Assembly: GCF_964213995.1 (NCBI RefSeq)
Contig: NC_135809.1
Span: forward strand, 117,552,001-117,616,000
Direction: 5' to 3'
Source of the DNA: Mustelus asterias
Taxonomy: Eukaryota
DNA: 64,000 nucleotides
This document shows, one piece after another, positions 1 through 11,469 of the stretch. Within the stretch, counting starts at the first letter, position 1, and the number at the start of each line of letters is the position of its first letter. The notes beneath the pieces are model-generated. The model worked only from the letters and a program-made list of their open reading frames with translations. It was not told the DNA's origin and ran no database searches. The translations under genes and the position numbers were made by a program.

Positions 1-2334
1 GCCAATTATTGTACATTTCCATAGCTTCAGGGACTTCAGAAAGTTTTGGAGGTCAGCAGGCATAGTGGGACTTGGCTGTATGATAAGGCGAAAATCTTGT
101 TCTCTTCTAGGACTTCTCTGCGGCAGTGCAGCAAAAACACAAAGACTTCAATGTGGTCAGAAATCTTTTGAAAGCTCTTGGAATTCTGTATGCCCTGAAA
201 TATTCTGCTGTTTTGAGGATCACCCTCGAAGGGTCTGGTAGAACTTGCAACAATCCAGCTGAGGTTTTGGCTTTTTTAGAACCCGTGAAAGACAATGATT
301 CTGAATCGCGATCCACAGTTCCTTGTTAATCCTGGACTGTGCCCCCTGTAATTATTGCCTTGTTGATCCTGTTCTGTGCTTTGTCATATTGTTGGGGACA
401 ATCCTGTGACTGAGCCATGAGGCAAATTTCGTCGACTATCCTGTCTGGAGTCATATTTTGCTGTCCTTTGTCAATCCTTGTTAATTATTGAATGTATCCC
501 CTGTAACTCCATCTCTTAACGGAACCTGTTACATGATTTATCACATTGATAGGGGCAATCCTTTGAGTGTGCATGATAGCAAATTTTCACCTGTTATCCT
601 GATATCCTAATGTACCCAGAAGCATTCATTTATCCTTAAAGGAATGCATCTTACAATGTACTTCCTGTTTTTAAGGCGTGTGCTGTGTAGGTTGTATGGT
701 ATTAGAGCTGTGCAATTTTTATCTGTTTTCTGGTTTTATAATCCTGGTATATAAAGCAATGGACTTTTTCACCAGATATCCTTTATTACAATTGTGATTA
801 AAGTGAGCAGCATCATTGCAGGGAGGTAGGCAAGTGGTTTAATATAAAGGTGGTGGGTAGGGCTGAACAGGTCCTCACAGTGGGTGAGGAGAAACCCCCC
901 TAGAACTTATGGGCATGCGTATTTTTTGTATTCCAGTGTTTTGGGGTTATAGAATCCTTGCTTAACTCCTATTATGGTACAGACAGACTACATATCCTGG
1001 GAAGAGACTTTGTGTTGTATCGTCAGCACCTCCACTATGCTGAGGATGGAAGAAGCTTCCTTTGGTGTGCGCCCAAGTGTGACGTGAAAATCACTGGTGC
1101 TTTAACTGCCAATTTACCTGCACTAATATCCTGTATTTTTTGTGGTTGAATAAGCAATGGCAATAGCCACTATAAAGATTTGTTCCTAGCGTGTGCAGAG
1201 AATTCATCATATTAAAAGGAAGAAGATCTTGTATTTTCTTAAGATGGAGAAAGTTGATATAACTCTGTTGCAAGAACATTGAGAGGGACTGAGTAGGCTA
1301 GGTGTTTTTTTGTTTCTTTCTCGACCAGCAGTTGAGGGGTAGCAGTTTTGCTTAATAAGAATTTGACTTTTAGTTTGGGAAGCTGTGTGAAAGACAAAGG
1401 GCTAGGTATGTGGTTGGCAAGGGGCTGGTATAGGGGGGAATGTATTGATAATGAATGTTTATGGTCCCCCTAACTATTCCCCAAACTTTGTCACTAAAGT
1501 CTTTATGGACTTTGCTGACCTGGCCTCTCAATTATTCATTTATTGACAGTAATTTTAATTGCCATCTTAACCCGCTTATTGATAGACTTCCTGTTACGAG
1601 AAACCTTCCTATGCAGCAAGCTAGGGCATTGGCCTCAGCTTGTGAAGAGGTGAGTTATTTAGATGTGTGGAGAATTTTGCATCCCAAAAATAGTTCACTT
1701 TTTTTTAGTCCCTCATTTATGTCACACCAGGATTGATTCTTTCTTTTGTGCCAAAGGCAATCCTGTAGTCAGTTACCTCTTGTACTGTAGGTAGTATTGT
1801 GATCTCTGACCACACTCCAGTTTTCTTTAGAACTTTATCTCAAGATGCCCAACCACGGCCCAGGTCCTGGAGATTTGATGCATCTTTAATTAAAGATCAT
1901 AATTTGATCTCCTACTTCAAGACCAAATTTGATGCTTTTATTTGGTTAATTCTCTTTCTAATATGAACCACTGTATTCTGTGACAGACCTCCAAGATCTT
2001 TGCTAGAGGTTTAGTCATCTGTCTCAACTAGAAAGAGGCATAGATTGATGGAGCAGCAATGGAGGTCGGCTGGCTGAATTGTACGATAAGAATTCTTGTC
2101 GTGCGAAGATGAAGGAAATTGGTGTAGTTCAGGCCGCATGGACACTTTTGACCCAGCATGCAGAGAGGAATTTGAGGTTTGCTAAGCAGAAGTTGAATGA
2201 AGTTGGGAATAAACCAAATAGGTATTTGGTTTTTCTTACTAGGAGGAAATCGGTCTCTAGGACGATAGCTTCGGTAGTGAATTCCAAGGAAAATAGAAGG
2301 ATTAGGGCAGAAGATATTAATGAGGCTTTTAAGA

Positions 2335-2680
2335 CTAAGGCTTTTTGACTAGGGTCTTACATTGGCTACCCTCCAATCTGTAGGAACCATTCCAGAGTCT
2401 AAAGGATTTTGGAAAATTACTACCAATGGATCTAGGGCCACCTCCTTCAGTACTCGGATTAAGATTATCAGGCCCTGGAGATTTATCCACCTTCAATTCC
2501 ATTAATTTTCCTAAAACCATTTGTCCATTAATACTGATTTTCTTCAGCTCTTCACTAAAACTTGTGTTTCTTAGAACTTCTGGTACATTATTGGTGTCTT
2601 CCTTTGTGAAGACAGAAACAAAGTACAAATTTAGTTCCTCTGCCATTTCTTTGTTCCCTGTTACAAATTCCTCTGTTTCT
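2335..2680 (-). mobile_element. CR1 LINE ORF2 fragment inserted in the L1
   Basis: ORF 2335..2646(-): ELNLYFVSVFTKE...LKVDKSPGPD, typical CR1 pre-RT motifs. Confidence 0.85.
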
Positions 2681-3051
2681 CCTATTCAGGGTAACCTGCA
2701 TTTCCTGCCAGGTCTTATGGACCATGGTTTATAAGTGGAGAAATAGGGGTCTCTGCAGACTAGGGAACATGATTGACTGCGTTACCCTATTATCTTTTGA
2801 GCAGCCGTGTTAATAGTTTGATATTCCAAAACACTGAGTTTTTTTTTAGACATTTACAACTTCGAGATTTTGTTCTAAGTTGGCAACTCTTCTTTTTGAT
2901 GCTAACATTTCCCCAGTGGAAAAAAATCCTGCCATCTGTGGAGCCCAGGAACTTAGTAAATTTTATGGCACTCTGTTGTAAATCTGGTGAACACAGTAAG
3001 AGTTTTAACAACACCAGGTTAAAGTCCAACAGGTTTATTTGGTAGCAAATG

Positions 3052-3088
3052 CCATTAGCTTTCGGAGTCCTGCTCCTTCGTCAGATGG
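3052..3088 (-). ncRNA. Minimal type-I hammerhead ribozyme motif (PLE-associated)
   Basis: Minus strand reads ccat CTGACGA a ggag-cagga-ctcc GAAA GCTA atgg. Core boxes are intact, stem I is ccat/atgg, and stem III is a loop-less palindrome. Confidence 0.75.
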
Positions 3089-3112
3089 AGTGGATATCCA
3101 CTCCACTCCACT

Positions 3113-3149
3113 CCATCTGACGAAGGAGCAGGGCTCCAAAAGCTAATGG
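3113..3149 (+). ncRNA. Hammerhead motif with mutated core (GAAA to AAAA)
   Basis: ccat CTGACGA a ggagc-agg-gctcc AAAA GCTA atgg. The conserved G12 is replaced by A at 3138. Confidence 0.65.
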
Positions 3150-4289
3150 CATTTGCTACCAAATAAACCTGTTGGACTTTAACTTGGTGTTGTTAAAACT
3201 CTTGCTGTGTTTACCCCAGTCCAATGCCGGCATCTCCACATAGTAAATCTGGTGCTCATACTTTGGACATGCTATGGTCCTGGGAGAGGGACCTCACAGT
3301 TAAATGTGGATGAGGAGACATGGGATGATGTTTGGGAATGTGCTAACAAAATTTCAGTTTGTAATAGGACAAAAGGAAGTCAACTTAAGATATTGCACTA
3401 TCTGCATATGGCTCCAAGCTTGTGGCACAGGTTTGACCCCGCCATATCCTTATTGTGCCGGAAGTGCTGGGTGATATGGGGGATTACCTGCATTGTTTCT
3501 GGTTCAGTTTCAAGATTAAGGCCTATTGATTTAATGTTCTTAAAGAGCTTGAGAGGATCTTTGATACAGCTTTCGAGTTCGATCCATTGCATCTGCTACT
3601 GGATCTCCCAGAAAAAAAGATCAGTAATACGAATGGGAAAAGGCTGCACAATATCTAAACATTTTCAGCACAGAAGACTATCATTTGCTCATGGATTAGT
3701 GATAAGCCTCCCTCAATTAGCCTAAAATCATTCTGGAGTGTATATCAATCAAAATTTTACTTTGAGCTAAATCAGATACACTCCATATGTTAAAGTTTTA
3801 TGCTCCGCGTTGTCTAGTTTACCCCTGCAATATTTTTCATGAGTTCTGTGCCTCTGTCACTGTTATCCTGTGAGTTTGGGTGTCTACCATTGAGCCAATT
3901 GTGGCTGTATCCTGATATTTCAAACCCCCCCCCCCCACAAACTTTGAGAGTTTGTTGCACTTTTTGTGTAAAATGAAAATATCTTCAATAAAAATAGATT
4001 TTTTGAAAAAGAAAACACTCCATAAGTCAATAGTAAAAATGCGTTGTGTGAAATTTTTTTTTCATGTAATCCTCAGATTGGCTTTCTTATTTAACCCAGC
4101 AGTGGGCAACATGTGACATCAACTGATGGCAAATCTTCAACAATCCCTCCCAACTATAGTCAACAAACTGCGATGAAATGGCACTAACCTGCTTTGGAAC
4201 TTGTTTTCCTTTTTAATCTTGAGCAATTCAAGCCATTTTTTGTTGCAAGATAAATAATAATTAGGCACTGGATAATGATCAGGAATTCA

Positions 4290-4990
4290 ACAGCAGCTTC
4301 TATTTATGTAGTACCTTAAAATAGAGAAATGTCCCAAGGTGTTTAGAATCAGAAAGTTAAAAATAGACAATGAGTCAACGAAGGTGGTTTTAGGTGCAAT
4401 ATCCAAAAGTCTGATCAAAGTTAATTTTTAAGGCGTATCTTCAAGGACAAAAGAGAGGTGGAGAGACTGGGGATTGAGAGAGGAAATTCCCAAGTATGGA
4501 GACTTGATGGCTATAGGCAAGTTCACATTAATGGACAGAGACCTGAATCAGGGGAGGGGGGTGTATGGCAGCGGTAGGGAAGAGCTAGACCATGAAAGGG
4601 TTTAAGAAGGTGAAAGGTTTGCAGGGGGCCTGGAGTTAGCATAGATAAGTAAGAGCAGGGATGATGGGTGCACAGGAATTTGGTGCAGGGTAAGTTATAA
4701 GTAATAATCCATGGGCTGACATTTATGTGGCAGTAGAGGATGCGAGACCATCCAGGAGAACATAGAAATAATGAAGTCTGGAGATGACTGGCATAGAGGC
4801 AGGTTTCAGCAGCAGATTGTTGGGTGTGATGCGAGTGGTTCATGAGGATGGCAGATAATTTTACGCAAATGAAAGCAAACTATGTTTTTGTGGAAGAGGC
4901 TATGTGGACATAAGCTCAGTTCAGGGTAAGAAGTACGAAAAGGTTGTGAATCTTTAACCAGTGAAGTAGATGAATAGATTAAGTCAATGG
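4290..4990 (-). mobile_element. Old L2-type LINE 3' remnant
   Basis: Begins with a reverse-complemented L2-like tail (cagcagcttctatttatgtagtacct...gtcccaaggtg). The body is highly decayed. Confidence 0.5.
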
Positions 4991-5319
4991 CAGTAACCAC
5001 TAAAGCTTGGGGAGAATTATTGATGGTTGTTAATTGTTAAAGCAATGCTTCTCAAACTATTTTCCAGTGTAACCCCATTGTAATACTTGAAAATTAACAT
5101 CAGATGCTAACAAAAACAAAACAGATATAAAGCAGCATAGTAACATTCAGTATATAATTGGTAAAGTTTGTGTATTATGGATCAGCATATAATAGATCAT
5201 ATAAATATGAAGCAGAAAATATCATTGCAAGGATCCTCTTTGACCACCTCCTCCCAGTGGCGAGGATGTCCTTCTAGAATCTTAGTGCAATTTTAAATCA
5301 TTGAGTGGCACAACAAATA

Positions 5320-5503
5320 GGGCGGGATTTTCCCCACGCCCCACCACGTGTTTTGTGGAGGCTGCCTGCCATTGGCCGGTGGCAAGGTCTTCTGGTCCCC
5401 CCCCCCCCTTCCCCCCCCAAGCTGCTGGGAAATCCGCAGCAGGGGTGCGCCATTGGCGAGACCAGAAGATCCCAACAGTGCGAACGGCTGGAAAATTCCA
5501 GCC
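5320..5503. mobile_element. Short GC-rich MITE (PIF/Harbinger-like)
   Basis: Imperfect TIRs gggcgggattttcc and ggaaaattccagcc; flanks ata and aca. Confidence 0.65.
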
Positions 5504-5509
5504 ACAATC

Positions 5510-6790
5510 TCTGCCATCTGACAGATTCATGAAAAGTGCAAGGAACAACATCAACCATTTTTAGCCATTTTTGACCTCATGAAAGCCTTTCTTTCTGACA
5601 ACCGTGAAGGCTTCTCAAATTTGTCTGTCTTCACAAATTTGTCACCATTCACCACCTGCTCCACGATGACATGCAAGCTATGATCCTCACCAACGGAACC
5701 ATCCTAAATCCTGTTTGTGAAGACTGGAGTTCAAGCAAGGATGTGTCATTGCACCAGTTCTCTTATCCATTCTCCTTGCTGCAATGCTGCATCTTCCCTC
5801 CAGCAAAATAACCAAAGGCATGGAGACAGAAACTGTTTGACCTACAACCAACTGTTCAATCCAAAACCACTCCAGCCTCAATCACAAAGCTTCATAGATG
5901 ATGCTTGCGTGTGCACTGAGTCAGAAACTGAACTCCAGGTCAGTGTCGCTGACTCCTTCCCCAAAGCATATGTGAAACTGGGCCTCTCATTAAACAGACA
6001 GGAAACTAAAGTCCTCTTCCAACTGACTCCCACAAGACAACACCTTTCCACTTTGATTAAGACCAAAGATGAGACCCTGGAAGTGTGGACCATTTTCCAT
6101 ATCTGAAGAGACTTCTCGCGATAAAGGCAGACTTGGACAACAAAATTCATCATTGCTTCAAATGTGCCAGCTCAGCCTTCAGCCAACTGAGGAATAGAGT
6201 ATTTGAGGACGAGGATCTCAAACCTGAGACCATGGTCACGGTTTACTGGGCAACAGTGATCCCCACACCCCTACATGCTTCAGAGACCTGGACAACCCAC
6301 AGCAGGCACCTCAACGCACTGGAGAAGTGCCAGCAGCAAGGTCTTCCAACACCGGTGACAAGAAAGACAGCCCAAAAGCAGAATCCTCTCCCAAGACAAC
6401 TTGCCGAGCATTGAGACATTAGTCACTCAAAACCAGCTGAACTGGGTGGAACATGTAGCTTGCATGCCTTGCACTAATCTCTACTTGGAACTCTGTTGCA
6501 GCAGGAGACTTCCAGAAGGACAGTGGAAACACTTCAGGGATATCCTTGAAGAAGTTTAAAAGTCCCGCCAACTCATGGGAGGCATCAAATATATCAAGAG
6601 ACTTTGTCAGGCAAGTGCAGAGGCAAATTTGAGGTGTCTGAGGGAACTCAACCCTTCAAGCATCACCTGCCCACATGTGGCAGAGTGTGCAGATCATATA
6701 TTGAATTTATCAGCCATCTCCGAGCCCATCAAACAGGAGTCAAAGGAAGTCATCCTCAATCCAAATGACAATGAAGAGGAATTTATTTGA
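5510..6790 (+). mobile_element. Degraded RTE-clade LINE (RT and C-terminal part)
   Basis: Frameshifted motifs KTGV(K)QGCVIAPVL, IDDAC (YADD position), DHFPYL, KCASSAFSQLRNRVF and ASETWT are characteristic of RTE ORF2. Confidence 0.8.
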
Positions 6791-7354
6791 GCCACTCCAA
6801 CTCGTGGACTTTGGCCAGGAAACAGGGTCAGATGCTGCCTGAGCACAGTGTTGGTGCAGGACACGGTCTCGGAGGGCGTTCATGAACATATTTGCTGTTT
6901 CAGCAACACCAATTGGGGTTGTGATCCATAGTTTGGGAACAGCTGTATTAAAACATCCATTGCTATGTTTAGTGTAATTCAGTTGAAAGAAACTATGCTT
7001 TGATCTGGCTAGGACCTATTATTTTCTGCAGCAGGATTTAAGTGCCCCAATATTCATCTGTGTTGTTGTCAACTTTTACTTGTTGGATTGTTTTAGGGGC
7101 TGATACAGCATATTACAATACCATCCCTTTGTTTCTGTGACCCATGCATCACCATTCAACCGAAACAGAAATGAACAGATGATATCCATGATGATGATGG
7201 TCATGAATAAAATGATTTTGGGCCATCTCTCATTCTGGTATCTTGTTTCCAGCAATCCAAGCCCAAGAATTGGGAACAACTTAACAATCTTCTTCATAGA
7301 GCTGGCCAGGGAATGGAAATCATCTTGACAGATTAGCTTAGGCAGTTTTCTGAG

Positions 7355-7438
7355 ATCATAAGAAAGTAGTGAATAGAAGACTCGATGGGCCGAATGACCT
7401 CCTTCTGTATCGTAGGGATTCAATGATTCTATTCTATG
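7355..7438 (+). mobile_element. CR1/HE1 3' tail fragment
   Basis: gactcgatgggccgaatgacctccttctgtatcgtagggattc...attctattctatg matches the HE1/CR1 tails elsewhere in this window. Confidence 0.65.
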
Positions 7439-7462
7439 AAGTTTGAAACAAAAAATAGAAAA

Positions 7463-7503
7463 TATATAGCAAATATATATAGAATATATATATATATATA
7501 TAT
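7463..7503. repeat. Interrupted (TA)n microsatellite
   Basis: atatatagcaaatatatatagaatatatatatatatatatat. Confidence 0.85.
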
Positions 7504-8149
7504 GAGGTTACATTTCCAGTCAGCATCTTTCGGTACTCAAGTGCTTTTCTGGGATTTGGCACTTTATCAGACAGTGTACAGAAAACTTTCATTGTAAGTG
7601 ATCAAAATACTGAACCAAACTGGGGGGGGGGGGGGGCGGGGGGCAAACAGGAAAACAATTGATCCCCCTCATTGTCAATCCTTGTCCGAAGGTAGGAGAA
7701 TTACTACTACATTTCAAAGTTTATGTTTGTGCTTATAGTGAGAAAATATTAATTTGGAAGAATCCTTGGGATTAATGTATAGAAAATCATCTGTTCATTG
7801 AAAAACATGCATATGTTAGAAACACATTCTGCCTCTCCATCAACACATTTGCTCTCATATATTAACACTTGGAACTCTCAGTGGAGACGTGGGGTGACAA
7901 TGTAATAAAAAAGGTGATAATTATTTAAAATGGAGACGTTTCATTTGGCAAAATTATTCACACTTTTTGTTACACAATGTGAAAAATACATTTATTCTCT
8001 TAACTACTTAAAAGTCAATATTCAACAAAAATTCTTGAAACAACTTTGCTGATTAAAATATGACCAAATAATTTGTAATGATTCTTTGGTCATTTTATAG
8101 CCTTTGAGTCAAATGTTCTCGGTGTATACTATATTAACATACTTAACAA

Positions 8150-9420
8150 TGCAAAATTGGTTAGAGAACCAAGCTGAATAAAGGAAGCATGGAGGAAATC
8201 TAAAGAAGGGAACGAGGAGGGTAAAGTAAGCATAGATTAGCAGCTATCACAATTGCTTAAATAGTAAATAGTCAAAGGAAAGGTGGGTCTGATTGGGTCC
8301 AAGGAAGGATATCATGTTGGTGGAGGCAGAGGTCAAGGTTGATGTACTGACTGAGTACTTTGCATCTGTCTTCACCAAAGAATGGAATGCCGCCAATAAA
8401 GTAGGATGCAGTTGAATAAGATACAAAATGATTAAAGAGGAAGTACTTAAAAGATTGACTATCTTCAAAGTAGAAGTCACTAGCCCAGTTGGGATGCATC
8501 CTTTGTTATGGACTGAAGAAAGCGTGGAAATTATGGAGACTTTGGCCTCAACCGGTTCCAGTCCTTTTTGGAGATTGGGATGGTGCCAATGGAGTGAAGA
8601 ATTCCACACATTACATCCTTTGTTTTTAAAATTAGTAAAGAGGGATAAACCTGGTAACTAAAAGCTAGTCAACCTAAAATCATGGGTGGGGAAACTTTTT
8701 GAGACACTAACTGAGACAAAATAAATTAGCATTTGGAAAAAGCGAATAAATTAAAGTTAGCCTGGATTTGTTAAAGGTAAATTGTTTGAGTCAATCGAGG
8801 TCTTTGAAACAACAGAGAACATTAATTTGGAGAGTGCAGTTCGTATTGTGTATGGACTTTTGAAAGGTGTTTTTTTGACAAAGTACCATATGATTACCTT
8901 GTTAACAAAATTAAAACCCATGAAATTAAAGGGGGAATGGCAACATGGATGCAAAATTGGTTAAAGAATGGGAAGCAGCAAGTAATGATTAATGGTTATT
9001 TTCAGACTAGGAAGTAGACTGAGGCAGTTGCCATGGAGTCAAGTATTAAAACCATTGCTTTTTTTGATATATGTTAAAGACCCGGACCTGAGTATGTATA
9101 GTTTAATTTCAAAGTTTATGGATGATACAAAACTCAGAAAATTAAACCATGAAAATGAAAGCAACAGACCTGAGGAACATGTTGACATATCGGTGAAATG
9201 GGCAGATACATGGTAAAGATTTGCCATAGAGTAATGTAAAAACATCCATTTTGGTCGAAAGAATGAGGAGGGAAAATAGGAACTTCAGTACTACAATTTT
9301 ATAGGGTGGATAAGGAAGGAGAGACTTGGGATGTGTATATACACATATTTAAAAGTGGTAGGACAAATTGAGATGGCTGCTAAAATGTATGAGAGATTCT
9401 TGACTTTATAACAGAAAGAA
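8150..9420 (+). mobile_element. Old degraded CR1 LINE ORF2 fragment
   Basis: EYFASVFTKE, DKPGN, PLLFLIYVKD...ISKFMDDTKL, KWADTW; many stops and frameshifts. Confidence 0.8.
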
Positions 9421-10640
9421 GCTGTGCAAAGCAAAACCAAAATACTCTGGACATTGGAAAACTTTTGTCAGAACTAGATAAAGTTGGGAATGTAATAGGT
9501 TTCGAGAAGGTGAAAGGGAGATGACTGAGAAGAACAAAATGAAAGGTCCCTAATTGGGTGGAGGACAGGAGAGACTAAATGACAAAAGATTTCATGTTGC
9601 AAGACCAGAAGGAGTAGTAATGGGACAAGATTACAAAAGGGAATGCTTGTGATAGCAACCAAGAATTATTTGTTTATTCATTCGAGGAATGTGGGCTTTG
9701 CTGGGTAGGCTGGCATTTATTGCTCACCTCTAATTGCTCTTGAGAAGGTGGTGGTGAGCCGCCTTCTTGAACCGCCGCAGTCCATGAGGTATAGATATAC
9801 CACAGTGCTGTTAGGGAGAGTGTTCCAGGAATAGCAACCAGGTTAGAATGGTGAGTGGTTTGGAGAGAAACTGCCAGGTGGTGGTGTTCTCCTATATTTG
9901 CTGCCCTTGACCTTCTAAATGGTACAGGTTGTGGGTTTAGAAGATGCTTTTTAAGAAGCCTTGATGAGTTCCTGCAGTGCATCTTGGGGTTGGTACACTC
10001 TGCTGCTGTTGTGCATCGGTGGTGGAGGGAGCAAATGTGAGTGCCAATCAAGCGGGCTGCTTTGTCCTGGATGGTGTCAAGCTGCTTGAGTGTTAATGAA
10101 GCTGCACATCCAGGCCATGGAAAGGTATTCCATTATGCTGATGACTTCTGTCTCGTCGGTTCTGGACAGGCTTTCGGGAATCAGGAGTTGAGTTGCTTGC
10201 CACAGGATTCCTAGCTCTGACCTGCTCTCATAGCCACGATATTTATATGGCTAATCCAGTTAAGTTTTTAGTCAATGATGTTGATAGTGGGGGATTGAGC
10301 AATGGTAATGTCTTTGAATGTCATGGGGAGATGATTAGATTCTCTCTTGTTGGAGATGGTGAATGCCTGACACTTGTATGGTGCAAATATTAATAGCCAC
10401 TTGTCAGCCCAAGGCTGGATATTGACCTGGTCGTGTTGCATTTGGACATGGACTGCTTCAGTATCTGAAGAGTTGTGCATGGTGCTAAACATTGTGCAAT
10501 AATCAGTGATCATACCCACTTATGACCTTATGACGAAAGCAAGCTCATTGATGAAGCAGCAGCTGAAGAATGGTTGGGCCCATGTTATACCCTGAGGAAC
10601 TCCTGGAGCTGAAATGACTGACTTCCAACTACCACAACCA

Positions 10641-11307
10641 CCCTATATAAAAGCAAAATACTGCGGATCCTGGAATCTGAAACAAATCTGCGGTCTACTC
10701 TACATCAGAGACCAAATGCAGACTGGATGACTGCTTTGCTGAACACCTTCGGTCGTCCACAAGCAGGACCCAGACCTTCCAGTCTCTTCCCACTTCAACA
10801 CACCAGCCTGCTCTCCTGTCCACATGTCCGTCCTTGGCCTTTTGCAAGATTCCCAGCGCAAACTGGAGCAACAGCACCTCCTCTTCGGATTGAGCACTTT
10901 ACAGTCTTATGGACTGAACATTGAGTTCAATAACTTCAGAACATGAACTCTCTCCTCCACCTTCACCCCATTTCCATTTATTTTATGTTATTTTGTTTCA
11001 TCTCATTCATCTATTTTATCATCCTTCTTTTTCACTTCTATTTTTCCACCCCCCCCCGCCCCCCAAGGAACTGCCATAGTCACTCAGCAGTCCCTCCTTT
11101 CAGGACAACTGCCATTGTCCCCCAGCAGTCCTTCTGTATCCTCATTTGCATTCCCTTTGTCCCATTCCACCATCCCCCCACCCTCATTGTATAAATCTCT
11201 GCTGATTCTCTTTGCTCTTAGCTCTGACGAAGGGTCATCTAGACTCGAAACGTTGGCTCCATTCTTTCCCCACCGATGCTGAGACTGTCCAGCATTTTCT
11301 GTTTTTG
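10641..11307 (+). mobile_element. Penelope-like element 3' portion (GIY-YIG end, UTR, hammerhead) with a short inverted tail at its 5' junction
   Basis: LYI.ETKCRLDDCFAEHL and RKLEQQHLLFGLSTLQSYGLNIEFNNF are typical PLE GIY-YIG C-terminal motifs. 11-bp TSD taccacaacca at 10630-10640 and 11308-11318. Confidence 0.85.
11220..11258 (+). ncRNA. Minimal type-I hammerhead ribozyme motif (second PLE family), sense to ELP4
   Basis: agct CTGACGA a gggtc-atcta-gactc GAAA CGTT ggct. Core intact; stem II is 5 bp with one GU; stem I is agct/ggct; palindromic AACGTT stem III. Confidence 0.78.
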
Positions 11308-11469
11308 TACCACAACCATCTTTCTTTGTGCTAGGTATAACTCCAACTCCTAGAGCTTTTTCCCCCTGAATTCCCATTGACAGTGCCTAGAGGAATTACA
11401 GGATAGCTTCCATTTGAATGCAAAGTAAAGGAACTAAGAAAGGAGAGGAAAACAAACAAAAAAACAAAA

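Larger units (their letters stand above)
2990..3242. mobile_element. Penelope-like element terminus in fold-back (inverted) form
   Basis: Inverted arms of about 105 bp (2990-3095 and about 3106-3211) centred near GATATC, plus a 31-bp tail. 12-bp TSD gtaaatctggtg at 2978-2989 and 3243-3254. Each arm carries a hammerhead core. Confidence 0.85.
1..4015 (+). mobile_element. Degraded L1-clade LINE (ORF1 end, spacer, ORF2 remnants, 3' UTR and A-rich end)
   Basis: ORF1 C-terminus DFSAAVQQKHKDFNVVRNLLKALGILYALKYSAVLRIT (to 329). The APE endonuclease starts at about 1157 (IKICS*RV...KRKKIL...VDITLLQEH), with ISDHTPV at about 1800. Linker KQKLNEVGNKPNRYL. Cys-rich C-terminus LKILHYLH...CRKC. AATAAA at about 3987, then an A-rich end. 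The RT core is missing, and two insertions interrupt the element. Confidence 0.85.
5043..6945. mobile_element. Possible ancient hAT (Charlie-like) non-autonomous element containing nested insertions
   Basis: Termini caatgcttctcaaact ... agtttgggaacagctg form an imperfect 16-bp TIR of the CAGTGGTTCTCAAACT type. Flanking 8-mers tgttaaag and tattaaaa match at 6/8 with a central TA. Confidence 0.45.
9674..11385 (-). mobile_element. CR1-group LINE of a distinct family, 3' part, interrupted by a Penelope insertion at 10641-11307
   Basis: ORF 10268..10519(-): GMITDYCTMFS (FADD position)...WADKWLLIFAPYKCQA. Its 3' end is shared with 60020-60310. The host resumes after the TSD at 11308. Confidence 0.75.

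Noticed and set aside
7076-7423. 115-aa minus-strand ORF with a hydrophobic stretch
   Set aside because: It starts inside a SINE/CR1 tail, has no recognisable homology, and has no convincing splice sites.
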